From Pseudovirgaria hyperparasitica (Eukaryota), in NCBI GenBank assembly GCA_010093815.1, contig ML996571.1: 64,000 bases of DNA. One strand, 5' to 3'. The notes under the pieces are model-generated. The model was not told the origin of the DNA and did no database searches. It was given only the letters and a program-made list of their open reading frames with translations. Positions within the stretch are counted from its first letter, which is position 1, and every line of letters begins with the position of its first letter. Below, in pieces: positions 50,562-61,955 of the stretch. A program made the translations under genes and the position numbers.

Positions 50562-51758
50562 TCACACTCTACTATGCTGCGCAGTGACCCTCACATCATG
50601 CCTGACATGAATCTGCCCCGGCATCCTTGGCAAATCTCTGTCCATCTCAAAACTCCTAGTCCCATCACTACTTCCCTTAGACAGCAGACTCGGCTCCGAC
50701 GAGTCCCGCTCCGTCGCATGCGTCGTCTGATCGAACACCATCGAGTTTCGACTCCGCGATGACAAGACGTTGCTCGTCGTCCTGCGCAGCCACTCGTACG
50801 CCGACGTCATCTGCTTGCTGTACACCAGCTTGGCCAGGATCGGGCGGTACGTCAATAGACATGCCGAGATGAGGTAGATGCTGGCCTCGACAATGACCCA
50901 GAGGATCAGGGGCGAGGCATACCATGTTGGGTCGGATGAGTACTCGTTTAGGAAGAACTGCGCAAAGCGGATAACGGATGTGATGAGACCCCTGTATATG
51001 TTTAGCGATTGTGAATCCACAAGGCGGGCGAGGAGCTTACACTGAGGCGATGAGGAAGGTCGCGTAGAGACCGAGACGCACGTGGTTTGAGACTTGTAGC
51101 TTGCGCACCACGGGGATAGGGAGGAGGAGCATCGCAACATCGGTAACAATGTTTATGAACGGGCCCCAGATGAGGAGGGCTTGAAAGTTGAGGCAATGAC
51201 GGCCAGGCTTTGTTAGTTCCCAGGAATACTCCTGGCCGTTGCACTGGAATCCGACGAGGAAACAGTTGATGACGGTTGCTATGCCTAGTGCAGCGATGAG
51301 AATCCAACAAGCGATACGGCTGAACTTGTCGATGAAGATGCGTAGGTAGAGTACTAAGACTGAGATCTTAGGTAGCACAGAAGCGATGGTGAAGGTAATG
51401 GGTACTGCATAGAATGCATTGCGGCCAAAGTTGGGAATCTGTTCGGGTTCGTTCGTCATCACCCAAGCGATGCGACGGCCAGCGCCCCATCGTGGTGCAA
51501 CTGTGGATTAATATCAGAATGGACCATCTTATTATTGTGATACTTTGACATACGGAGTCCATCAATGCAAAGGCCCGTCACTGTTAGCCATGCTAGCACC
51601 ATGAGAAAGTCATCCCAGTACCACGGCGTCTTCTGCTGTTGTCGCGATATAAATCGAAGAATCACGGCAGTTTGATTCAACGCAAGAAAGACAGCAGCAG
51701 TGACAATCAGTTGATTGGAAGAGTCATCGTAGAAACCAGGAGGTATCTCGGTAGGCAT
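50562..51758 (-). CDS. PTH11-like (fungal rhodopsin-domain) 7-TM integral membrane protein without a CFEM domain
   Basis: Introns 51553-51501 and 51040-50992. Motifs WDDFLM, KISVLVLYLRIF, NIVTDVAMLLLPIP and W.IVEASIYLISACL. Confidence 0.9.
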
Positions 51759-52095
51759 TTTGAGTATGAGTGATTTGAATGACAAGTATGAACAAAATCA
51801 AAACAGAGAGATAGAGGTCAGACCCATGTCTTATGAATCCCGGGAACCTCATCGGTGATATAATTGGTGTCGGTCAATAATGCTCGTTGATCATAGTAAG
51901 CTAGCCTGCAGCGAGACAAGCTCGGATACACTGATCTACTAGAACTACCGATTGGGGCCAAATGCGGCCACATACACATACGTAATGTGGGTAAGACTAG
52001 GTCGTATAATTGCTTACGTTATTTGAATGCTCGGACGACGAGAATTACGAAGGAGTTCTCATACTTGTATTCTAGCCTAATTTCCATAGTGTTCA

Positions 52096-53850
52096 TCATA
52101 CAGTATAAACTTTTTCAATCTCGTCTTTGAACTGCTCCATGGCCATCTTGCGCTGAACATAACCTTTTGGAGACTTGGGAAGATGTTTCCCTTGCGGTAC
52201 AAAAACAACGTGATGTCTCTCGATCTTTATTTGCGGCGGAAACAGGTTGTTACAATCATTGATTGTCTCCCAGACCTGGTCAATGCTTGTTGCTAGGTCT
52301 TCACACGCTGCGGCTTCCAGTTCGACCAACAATGCTGTATAAGGTCTTTGAGTCCCTACCATTGAGACTGCTGCCACGAGAGAATGTGCTGATACTCTAT
52401 CTTCAAATTCGAGGGGATTGACGGTATCACCTGTACTCAGGATGAGTATATCGTCTATCCGCCCTTGGTACATCCAGAAACCTTCACGCTCAGGATCAGG
52501 CATGAATGTGTCTCGGGTCGAGAACTCTTGGAGCTCTGGAAACAGCTTAAACACAGCCTGCTCATCCTCCGGGTCTCTGTTCCGGACTACTACGGCCTCA
52601 AAGACCTCTTCGTTCGGCACTTTGCGGAAATCGAGTCCCTCTCCTGGATGGAACATTATACCTGTTGTTATCAGAAAAGGGTCAATGAGAATGATTCGAG
52701 GTATTGACTTACTATTCCAAGCACCTGCGTCCCATGGTCCGGCCGGCGATATCTTGTGTAGAACCCCTATGTCACTAGTTCCGTACATTCCCATAAGCCG
52801 GAAACGACGGGCTAGAATATTTCCAGACGTCTTGGAGATCGGTCCGCCTCCAAAGCCAATCGTCGTGACTTTTGCGGCGACCTCTTCTAGCAAAGAAGGG
52901 TTTGTTGCAATGTTGTCCAGGATGAAAGGGGGTGCGATAATCATAGAAGGATCGTTGCGTCGTACGAGCTCCATTACGGTGTCGATATTGAGAGGGGAAG
53001 TAGGCAAGGGGAACAGAACAGTGATCTGATTGGCCAGCGCTCCAAAGAAGTTTGGGAACAGACTGCTACTCAGATTCGGAGGCGCAACTACGCACAGTTC
53101 AATGCCATGCGTGAAGCGTTCACGACTCGAATGGCCATCTGGAACTGAGCTTTGATTCCGTTGGATCCACGCAGCAGCCCAGTCATGTGTGAGAGTGATA
53201 GGCTTAGGTGGTCCAGTAGTCCCAGACGTATGTATGACCACCAAGGGCTCTCCACGGGCTGATTGGAAGGTCTTTTCGTAAGGATAGTGCTCCACCACAG
53301 TCTCGAGCAGACTCATGAGGGATGGGATCTCATGGATGTCGAGCTGCATAAACTCTGACAGAGACGAAGCCAGAGGGAAATCAGCAGAAGCTACGAGGAA
53401 CTTTCTGCACTCCAGTCGTTTCAATAGCTGACTCAGTCCTGCAGCAGGATATGCAGCGGAAGGGAAGACCATCTTAATGGTGTCAACTGCGTTTTTTTGG
53501 ACTTGACAATTTGCTCTGCGTACCTTATAGCCTGCTTTGACTGCAGCGAGAATTGTAATGATGTATCGGATATCCCATGGACCAACGTATGCGAGAGTCT
53601 CAAAGTTGAGAGACTTCCCAAATCGTTTCTCCAACCACATCGCTAAACCATTCACAGCATTGGCCAGTTTCGAGTAGGTGACCTTCTGGAAGCCATCTTG
53701 GAATGTCTGGTCGTTTCGTGGTATCTTAGCCCACACGGTATCAGGTCTGTAGTTTGCGAGACCATCAACTACGTTAACAAGGAGTTGTTTGTTTTGTGCT
53801 CTCGGACTTGGTGGGCGTGCCGAGCCTTCTGTGAACTGAAGTGATGGCAT
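52096..53850 (-). CDS. Stand-alone adenylate-forming enzyme (A-domain of the fungal NRPS-like/carboxylic-acid-reductase type, lacking T and R domains)
   Basis: Motifs HTSGTTGPPK, YGTSD, TRD, GRIDD and PKSPKG. Two in-frame 51-nt introns (53523-53473, 52712-52662). The stop follows directly after the A-domain. Confidence 0.88.
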   Translation of the reverse strand: MPSLQFTEGSARPPSPRAQNKQLLVNVVDGLANYRPDTVWAKIPRNDQTFQDGFQKVTYSKLANAVNGLAMWLEKRFGKSLNFETLAYVGPWDIRYIITILAAVKAGYKVRRANCQVQKNAVDTIKMVFPSAAYPAAGLSQLLKRLECRKFLVASADFPLASSLSEFMQLDIHEIPSLMSLLETVVEHYPYEKTFQSARGEPLVVIHTSGTTGPPKPITLTHDWAAAWIQRNQSSVPDGHSSRERFTHGIELCVVAPPNLSSSLFPNFFGALANQITVLFPLPTSPLNIDTVMELVRRNDPSMIIAPPFILDNIATNPSLLEEVAAKVTTIGFGGGPISKTSGNILARRFRLMGMYGTSDIGVLHKISPAGPWDAGAWNSKSIPRIILIDPFLITTGIMFHPGEGLDFRKVPNEEVFEAVVVRNRDPEDEQAVFKLFPELQEFSTRDTFMPDPEREGFWMYQGRIDDILILSTGDTVNPLEFEDRVSAHSLVAAVSMVGTQRPYTALLVELEAAACEDLATSIDQVWETINDCNNLFPPQIKIERHHVVFVPQGKHLPKSPKGYVQRKMAMEQFKDEIEKVYTV

Positions 53851-54414
53851 GGATTCGATACTTGGATTTCTATGTAGTCTTCTTCGGGTCTCTCAATGTC
53901 CTTATGCGTATAGCAGGCTTGCTTACGAGTGTGTAAGATTGCGATTGAAATGAATCTTACTCATCTGGGGTCGTCGATCTGTTCAACGTGGCAGTCACAT
54001 TGCATCACTGGTCGGCTAGACATTCGGCTGAACACGTTGATCAGAGGCTCTATTTCAGGCAACGGACCGAAGCCTGTTGTAGTAGGTGGAGCGTCGGTGT
54101 GTAGGATCAACAAGCTTATGCAGTGCGAAGATGAGGTTTGCAAGTTGCCCGGAGCTGCCCTGCGTACAACGAGTACCGACGTCCGGGCTTGCGATTGGTC
54201 GAGCTGGAGGGCGCATATGTCAGATAGTCTATAATATCACCGCATTGGGTGGGGGCCGTAAATATCCATCGAAGATGGCGCTGTGATCTGTCATGCGCAG
54301 ATCGATGTCAGTCTAAAAATGCCAAACGATGAAGATTTAGTATATTGCTGCTGATCAGCTCACATGCATGCATGTATACACTCTCAGCCTGTTTACATTG
54401 GCGATTCATGCTTA

Positions 54415-55583
54415 TCACATCTTGCCTTTGATACCTTGCTGTCGCCTCAGATCGATAATAGCACAGAGATGTTGCGCTAAGGCTACCAGTTCCATACCTT
54501 CGTCCAGAATCTCAACCTTCATCGACATGCGAGAGTTCATAATTCGCTTCGCAGTAGCACGCACATAGAGCCACTTTACTCCTTTCTGAGGCAAACGTTT
54601 CCTGATCTCCAAATTCATGGACTGGGAGCTGATCATTGCGGGAGCAATGTAAGAGCCCGAAGACTCGTCCAGGGTTTCTGCGATACCTGCATTACGGTTC
54701 TTCCTCTGCTGTAACCCAATCTTCACACTAGATGCTTGCGACCCAGTGGATCCTGGGAAGTAGTTGTCTAGGATAGGGAGAGAAACATCGGCTACGAATC
54801 CAAGCATATCGTTTGTAAACCAGTTGTCTGGGTCTGTTGGAGTGATCCACTGCTCGCGGTAGCTTGGATCCTCAAGGTCGACGGGAACGAAGAACTTCAG
54901 ATATGAATGGACTTTGCGAAAACCTTTGGGGTTGTAAGGTGTAAGGATAGAGATCCATCGATCGTCTGCATCATCTGAGAGTTTCGAGAGGTTTACCTCT
55001 GTTGGTCTGGGGTTGATATTCCAGGGTACATCAAACGAGAATCCGTTCGCTGGTTGAGCGATATTGGTCAAGCTTTATTAAAACAGTGAGCTCAGGAAAC
55101 TGGGCGAGGATGGGATGCTTACTTCAAGAGCCCTACCATAGCATCTTTGCCACCCTGTTGTATCGTAGCTCTCACCGTAGATGCGGATTTCCCAATATGC
55201 ACTGGGGTGATGAAGATGCATGCTTCAGTGGGCGTGAGATACCGCAGGAATTGCCATTGAATGTTGATCACATCTGGCTGGTCAAGATCTGGATAGTTCT
55301 TTGATATGTAGTCATTGACAGCTTTGTGGGCTACCGCAACAGCAGCTCCTCCGAAGATTCCTAACAGTATCGTTCAATAGATATATGGAAGAGCAGTGGA
55401 TGCTACATACGAGGACCAAAAGTGTATGCGCTTGGAATCTTGATCAAGTATTCACCCTCTAACTTTGATGATGGTTGCAACGCTGAAAACCTGGGAGGCA
55501 TCACTGATCCAGCCATTAGGCGTATATGCTCACTTGAGTGATCAGGGCTGTTTGATTGATGAACAATTACCCTGTGTCAACAT
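54415..55583 (-). CDS. Double-hotdog thioesterase-like protein (acyl-CoA thioesterase family), multi-exon
   Basis: Upstream exons read by eye (MLTQ|VMPPRF...YTFGP|..IFGGAAV...DQPDVINIQWQFLR...GKSASTV) join ORF 54415-55071, which carries LGFVAD, MNLEIRK, WLYVRA and DEGMELVALAQH. Confidence 0.7.
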
Positions 55584-56307
55584 GAAATGGTGCATGAACA
55601 AACAAAGGAATCGTAACGGCGTAAGAGCCGCGGCACAGCCAGTGGCTGGCCCCCACCGCTCATCCGAGTCAGGGGTGGGTCTGCTGGCAGATAGGGTGCG
55701 TATTTTGTGGCATGGTTGACGCCTCTACGTCATAGCTATTTAGTCAGACTCCTTTGATTCAGCTTCATTCATTTCTGGTGTCAGACGTCAGGTCTCATCT
55801 CATCTCCTCTGCTGGCCAGCAAGCAAAACACTGCCTCCTCTTGAACCGTATGATGGCTGTGGTAACAACAAGGCAATCCTGTACTGAGTGCCCAGTCCCA
55901 AGAGGCCCGTTCGCCTTGTCGGAGTATCAATGTCCGCTAATGGGACTATTACTTCTTTAATGCTGTCGATCTGATCCAGTAGACTTGATGATCCGCTAGA
56001 TACAGGATTGGGACAGCCCCGAGGCCTCCCTCCCCCCTGTTGTCCATCGGCGAGACAGCCTTGCGGAGACCAGGCAATGGGCCAAGCGATTGGTAACGCT
56101 GCTCCGGCGAGTGACGCTGATACTGTACTCTATGAAGACAAACCTTCTGCCCATGACAGGCATTAGCGCTATGACATTAGTCGCAGCTTTCATAAAAGAC
56201 CTTCGCCGCCGAACTGGCTCTTCTAAAGCCACAAATGGTAGAAGAATCCTACAAAGGCACCGTTCTGCAGGGACCATTCGTTCTGCCGCGCATTTGCTCC
56301 TCTCATC

Positions 56308-57602
56308 ATGACTGCTGATTATGATTCACATCCTTCTGACCTGGCGGGTCCGGGTGTGAGTACTGACAGCTCCCGTAGATATGGGTAATGCACTGACAAC
56401 AATTCTAGCCTCAGTCGGGAGTGACGATTGACAGTCTCAAGAAAGCAATTCCAAAGCATTGCTTCAAATCATCATATCGACAAGGATTCACTATTCTGTT
56501 TCAAGACCTCTCCACCGCTGCCCTCCTCGCCCTCCTAGCAATCAAATTCATCCCCCTAATCCCATCAACCGCCCTTCGTATCGCTGCCTGGGCTATATAC
56601 GGCCTAACCCAAGGCTTCGTCTTCACTGGCATCTGGGTCATAGCCCACGAGTGCGGCCATTATGCATTCACCCCGTCCAAGCCGCTCAACGACACTCTTG
56701 GCTTCATCCTACACTCCTTCCTGCTAACCCCCTACTTCTCCTGGAAATCCACGCACCGCAGACACCACATATACGCCAACAACATGGCCCTCGACCACAA
56801 CTATGTCCCGCCGCGCGCAGACGAGTACTCTGCCTCCTTCTCCTCCCGCATCGAAGACCTCACCGAAGACGCCCCCCTCGTCACCGCCCTACGCATCCTG
56901 CTCCAACAACTTCTCGGCTTCCCCGCCTATCTGGCCCTCAACATCACCGCCGCCCCATCCTCTCTTCCTGCGAAACCCTCCTCGAGGCCCCTCGAAAACG
57001 GCCACTTTGCCCCCTGGGGCGCGCTCTTCCGCGCCGAGGAGGCGCACCTGATCCTCGCCTCAGACGCCGGACTCATGGCCATGTGCGGCATCCTACACTA
57101 CGCGCGACAGCACGTCGGGATCGCGACTGTATTCGCAGTATACGTCGTGCCGTACCTTTGGACAAACCACTGGATCGTAGCCATCACGTACCTACACCAC
57201 ACCCACACAGATGTACCCAAGTACGAAGCAGACGCATGGAGTTTCGTGCGCGGCGCAACATCGACAGTAGACCGCGATCTCGGCATTGTGGGCCGTGTGT
57301 TCATGCATGGCATCGTGGATTACCACGTGGTGCATCACCTGTTTCCGCGCATCCCTTGCTATCATGCGCGCGAGGCGACGGAGGCGATAGTGCCTGTGCT
57401 TGGCGATGCATATCATAGCGCGAAGACGGAGAACTTTATGGCGTCGTTGTGGCGCACTTTTGTCGGGTGTCAGTATGTCGTGCCGCGAGGGGAGACGGCG
57501 GGGGTGCGGGATGGGAAGCTGTGGTATAAGGGTGGGAGGTGTCCGCCTGTGCAGACTGGTATGGGAACGAAGAGGTGGTTGATCTGGCCTGATGTGCTGT
57601 AG
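56308..57602 (+). CDS. FAD2-like (delta-12/omega-6 family) membrane fatty-acid desaturase or variant
   Basis: Exon 1 56308-56355, intron 56356-56408 (GTGAGT..TAG). AIPKHCF motif and three His boxes: HECGH, HRRHH and HVVHH. Confidence 0.93.
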
Positions 57603-59110
57603 GAATTACATACGAGGAATGAAATTGGATATAGAGACCGAGTTTATTTCATGATATATACCCAGATTCGTTATCATTCATTTGAGAACCATTAGTCGTA
57701 CCTCTCAAGAGACAACCAGCTACTTTGACCTTGACCTTTAGGCCACCCTGGTATGCGACAGCTCCTACAGTCAGCAGTGTGGCTCCATAAGGTAGTTTAC
57801 AACTTCCTGTTACACTGACAGCAGATGCGGCTAGAGACGATCAATACGATACATACGAGGCGAAATTTCGAGAAAGGAGCTGCATCACTACGTTCCCCAC
57901 TAGTCGTGGACTATTTCCGCGAGTTCACTCATCCATAAGAATGACTATTTTGAGCTATTTTCACAAAAATCATGAATGCCCTGATGCATTCCGCCGCCTC
58001 GGACTCGATATAAAGTGCCTACCTCAGTCGCCCAGAATGGGTTTTATATTGGACCCATCATGCAACTTTTTTCTAACGGACGTGGATGTATCAGACCATC
58101 TTCAAATGCCACATGCATGAGTGTTGATAACATCGAGTACGATGCGCGGCGACGTGAACAACGTACAAGATGTGCCGTCACAACGCCGTAACGACTGTCG
58201 TGAAAGAGACTTGAGGGATGGATGCCTCTCGGCGTCCTTCTAACACCCAAAGACTCCTATTGAGCCGATGTGAAAGGCGTTAGTAGGTAGTCTATATGGT
58301 ATAGACTTCTATGTCAAAGAGCACGCGACGAATTTTTCATACTGACCGGACAAGTTCTGCTGACCAGAAGAAAGATGTGCACTATGTACTGAGGCATGAT
58401 GGAGAGATACAACGCGCACACTCAAGACAGCCATCAGCGCCCCCCGTCCGACATTCATTCTGTGATGTAAAGTGTTGGAATATGATCGAATACAGTGCAT
58501 TAAACAAAGAGCGCGCCACCAACTGAGTCAATCATGTTCCACGGACGACCAATTCGTAAGAGCTGAATGATTGCTGCATCACGGGTTGGCTTATCCACCA
58601 CTCGCTGCCATATTTGAAGGGATCTTTGAGAAAAGCCTATGCTGCTATGCAGGAAGCATTCTACAATACTGCCGACAAGAGCGAACGGACAGAACTTGCG
58701 TTCGGCGAAATTCTACGAGAACTTGAGACTGGAAGGGATATTATACTGGAGACCATCCCCCTATACCGCGCAACCATCAACACCGCTGTATTCTTTTCGG
58801 AACGCCTCATGGAGTCTCATGGCCTCTTCGCTAGCCAAGCTCTAACAAGGCGGAAATTGACTCTTCAGGCGTTCGCTCTTGACAGGTCAAACGAATAAAT
58901 TGTCGCATCATTTATACATATATATATTCATTCTTCTGACGTTGTTGACGAAATGGTGTCCCTTGACAGTGCAAGACCAACCTTGTGCACCGCATCGCAC
59001 AACGTACATCATGCCTGTCATATACCATACCGAAGCTTCAACCATCATACTGTATTACATACGTTCTGCTGAACGATTCTGTGTGCAAGCAAAACCCGAT
59101 ATCACTGCAT

Positions 59111-60136
59111 ATGAAGACGAAGAAAGAAAGTGATTCGTGCCTGCCAAAGACAGGAGAGACTCCGAAGCCACGTAATCCGCGGCTACAGCTGGATGGACTT
59201 CCCACAGAACTCCTCGTCCAGATCTTCCAATATGTTGCGTTCGACGAGTATATGGGCCATCGCGGTCTGTTCGAATTGAGGTGGAAAGAGACTTTACAAG
59301 ACAGAAGTGACGTATGGAAGCAATACATGCGGCGTACCACATCACAAGACCCCAAGTCGCATCCATCCTGGATATATCTACGCGATGTGATGAAAGCACA
59401 CTATTCCACCCGGCTATCAGCCATCGCTGCCAGTCTTCTAGCAGATTCAATGTGCCTGCTAGATCTCAGATACACAATGGACGCTGAGATCAAGACTAGG
59501 AAGCTAAACACCCAGATGAAACAACTGAAAGAGCTGTGTGAGCTCCTGCATATAAACGGGTTGTATCACATGCGGCATCTCGTGCTCCGGCGCGTACGCT
59601 TTGCGATATGCACCCTCAGCCTCGACACAACCACAGCCGTCGACTTCACAGCGACATTTATATTGGACATATCAGACGACGGAAGGCATGCCAAAGTCAC
59701 TGTTGTCCCCGAATTCCACCACCTAGTACAGACATATAAGCACACGAACCATACCATGCGCGCAGAAACAGGGGCGGACCAGGCATCAGAGACGAAGCAA
59801 CTAACGAGCTCGCAATTATCGAAGCTGGAATGGGCGCTGCAGGATGCGCAAGAGCATTTCAGGCGCTGGTGGGAGAGCGACATACAGACACTCTTGCGAA
59901 ACCGGAGCAAAAGGCATTTCGACATGCTTGATAAATCGCTGCGGAACCTTTGGGCGGTTTCGGTGGCGCAGCGACGTGAGTCGTTTGATTTTGATGATGT
60001 GCAGCTCAGGCACGAGTTGAGGGAGAATGGGTTTATGATGCATCAAGGTCTTCCAGAATGTGCGGCTACTGGGCTCCATGGATACAGTAGAGGTCTTGAT
60101 TTCCAGGAGAACAGAATGCTTGTAACCTCTCACTGA
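59111..60136 (+). CDS. F-box-like protein, distant paralog C of the 42.5-45.2 kb pair
   Basis: LDGLPTELLVQIF motif. RHLVLRRVRFAICTL, DAQEHF and KSLRNL..AQ match blocks in paralogs A and B. The start is uncertain. Confidence 0.7.
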   Translation: MKTKKESDSCLPKTGETPKPRNPRLQLDGLPTELLVQIFQYVAFDEYMGHRGLFELRWKETLQDRSDVWKQYMRRTTSQDPKSHPSWIYLRDVMKAHYSTRLSAIAASLLADSMCLLDLRYTMDAEIKTRKLNTQMKQLKELCELLHINGLYHMRHLVLRRVRFAICTLSLDTTTAVDFTATFILDISDDGRHAKVTVVPEFHHLVQTYKHTNHTMRAETGADQASETKQLTSSQLSKLEWALQDAQEHFRRWWESDIQTLLRNRSKRHFDMLDKSLRNLWAVSVAQRRESFDFDDVQLRHELRENGFMMHQGLPECAATGLHGYSRGLDFQENRMLVTSH

Positions 60137-61067
60137 GTCCGGATACGGCTTTGGTCTTTCTCGCCAATACACGCCAGGGATACTTCCCCTATCCAGGGAT
60201 CAGTGCCAGTCATACGACCCCGAACGTTCAGCAGTGGGTCGGATTTACTTTGAAAATCCACCGCACCACTAGACAGGAACGTAGCCGCGCTGAGAAACAC
60301 CCAGTCATTATCCATACGGCTCCAGCTGTTGTAATCCAGTGTCACCAGTCAATTCAGGTCTGATCATGACGGACTGGACGAAGATCAAGCGTAGTGATGG
60401 TAGCCAGATCAAGATCAGTTCCGTCTGTGTGTATACAGTGATCTCGAAGATGGTACTGCACCTACCAATGGCATGAAGTAGTTCCATTAGGTGCGTCAAA
60501 GACTTGGGGTACGGAAAGCAAGAAAAAGCGAAGGGACTCCCATTGGCGGAGCAGATTGAGAGTGTATCCTGGTACTCCATGGCTCTCCATTGACAGTCTG
60601 GGAGGATATGGGAGATGTTAGCTTGAAGTCCTTCTGAAACATATTTCTGTCAGCTTATGGAGTCCGAGGACCGATCTGGGAGTGTTGTATTATTACATTT
60701 CGCTTCGTGTATCAACATCTATTTGCATACCTTATCTATCTTGCTTTGGTCAAGATCTGATGCTAGGAAAGTGGTCATTGCTATACCCGCCACTTTAAGA
60801 AGGCGAGAAACTCGCATTGAATATGGTGGCCAGTCCCAGCCCAGACTCCATAATAACCAGCGGTTATAAACCGCCGCACGGCGTCCCATCGCCGCATCCG
60901 GGCCCGTTCACAGCGGCCCGGACCCACTATAAAAGACGCTTGTGCCCACGTTCAGGCGCCCAGGGATCTATCTACATTAATACATACACATCACCACCCC
61001 CCGGCCTGCAACCTCTTAAACCACAATCCCCAGCAAACACAACAACACTTGCCCTCGCACGCCGAGC

Positions 61068-61874
61068 ATGGCCACCACCACCCCACTCACCCTCCCACGC
61101 ACCCTCTTCACCCCAACCCTCTACACCAACATCCTAAAGCTATGGTTCCGCGACATCCCACCCACAACACGCGTCGTGCCCCCCGAGACAACGTCCCGCT
61201 GGTTCGGCAAAGGCGCGCCCGAACCCAACGGCAAAACCTTCGACGAAGCATGCACAGACGAATTCGAGCCCGTACTCGAGGCCATCGGGCCCCAGCAATA
61301 CACACTGCCCGCAGCAGCCGTAGCAGCAGATTACAGGGCCGAAGTGGCGAGCAGCGCCGGCATAGCGGCGCCGTTCCTCGCGGATATTCAGAGCGCGGAT
61401 GAGGCGCAGACGAGTGCGAACGCGCTGGGACTGATGCTGTTGCTGGACCAGATGCCGCGGAACATCTTTCGCGATAACCAGGCGGTTGTGTATGGGCATT
61501 ATGACCGGATAGCGCGGGCGGTGCTGCGCGGGGTGCTGGAGGGGAGACCGCGGGTGGATTTGCATGGGAGTTTGCGGCTTGTGCCGTGTCGGCGGATGTG
61601 GTTCTATATGCCGCTGATGCATTCCGAGTATCGCGAGGATCACGATTTGTACTGGAAGATTATGAGCGAGGCGCAGGCGGAGTTGAGGGCTGATGGGGAT
61701 GAGGAGAGTGCCGGGTTCGTGCAGTATAGCTTGGATTTTGAGAAGAAGCATGTGGGGTTGATTGAGAGGTTTGGGCGGTATCCGCATCGGAATGTGCATC
61801 TGGGGAGGGAGATGACGCAGGAGGAGAAGGAGTATCTTGAGGCTGGCGGGGAGAACTTTGGGACAGGGGCGTGA
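61068..61874 (+). CDS. DUF924-family protein
   Basis: Motifs LWF, LLDQMPRNIFR, FYMPLMHSE and IERFGRYPHRN..LGR. Intronless, with TATAAAA upstream at ~60928. Confidence 0.9.
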   Translation: MATTTPLTLPRTLFTPTLYTNILKLWFRDIPPTTRVVPPETTSRWFGKGAPEPNGKTFDEACTDEFEPVLEAIGPQQYTLPAAAVAADYRAEVASSAGIAAPFLADIQSADEAQTSANALGLMLLLDQMPRNIFRDNQAVVYGHYDRIARAVLRGVLEGRPRVDLHGSLRLVPCRRMWFYMPLMHSEYREDHDLYWKIMSEAQAELRADGDEESAGFVQYSLDFEKKHVGLIERFGRYPHRNVHLGREMTQEEKEYLEAGGENFGTGA

Positions 61875-61955
61875 GTAGCAGACATGAAAGCGAACACAAT
61901 ACCCAATGTTGTCTAGAGATCTATACTAGAGATGCTAATCCAAAATGCCGCTAGG

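Noticed and set aside
47470..55941. TCCGCTAAT seen both upstream of the MFS (47470) and between the thioesterase and desaturase (55933) as a shared cluster motif
   Set aside because: It was picked post hoc, has only two copies and was not seen in the other cluster promoters, so it is compatible with chance.
56459..57418. 319-aa alternative-frame ORF overlapping the desaturase
   Set aside because: It is an Arg/Pro/His-rich by-product of C-biased codon usage with no motifs.
58311..58898. Short + strand ORFs upstream of F-box paralog C (and similar minus-strand fragments at 60130-60650)
   Set aside because: They are plausibly coding, but the required introns are too short or out of phase and no family is recognised.
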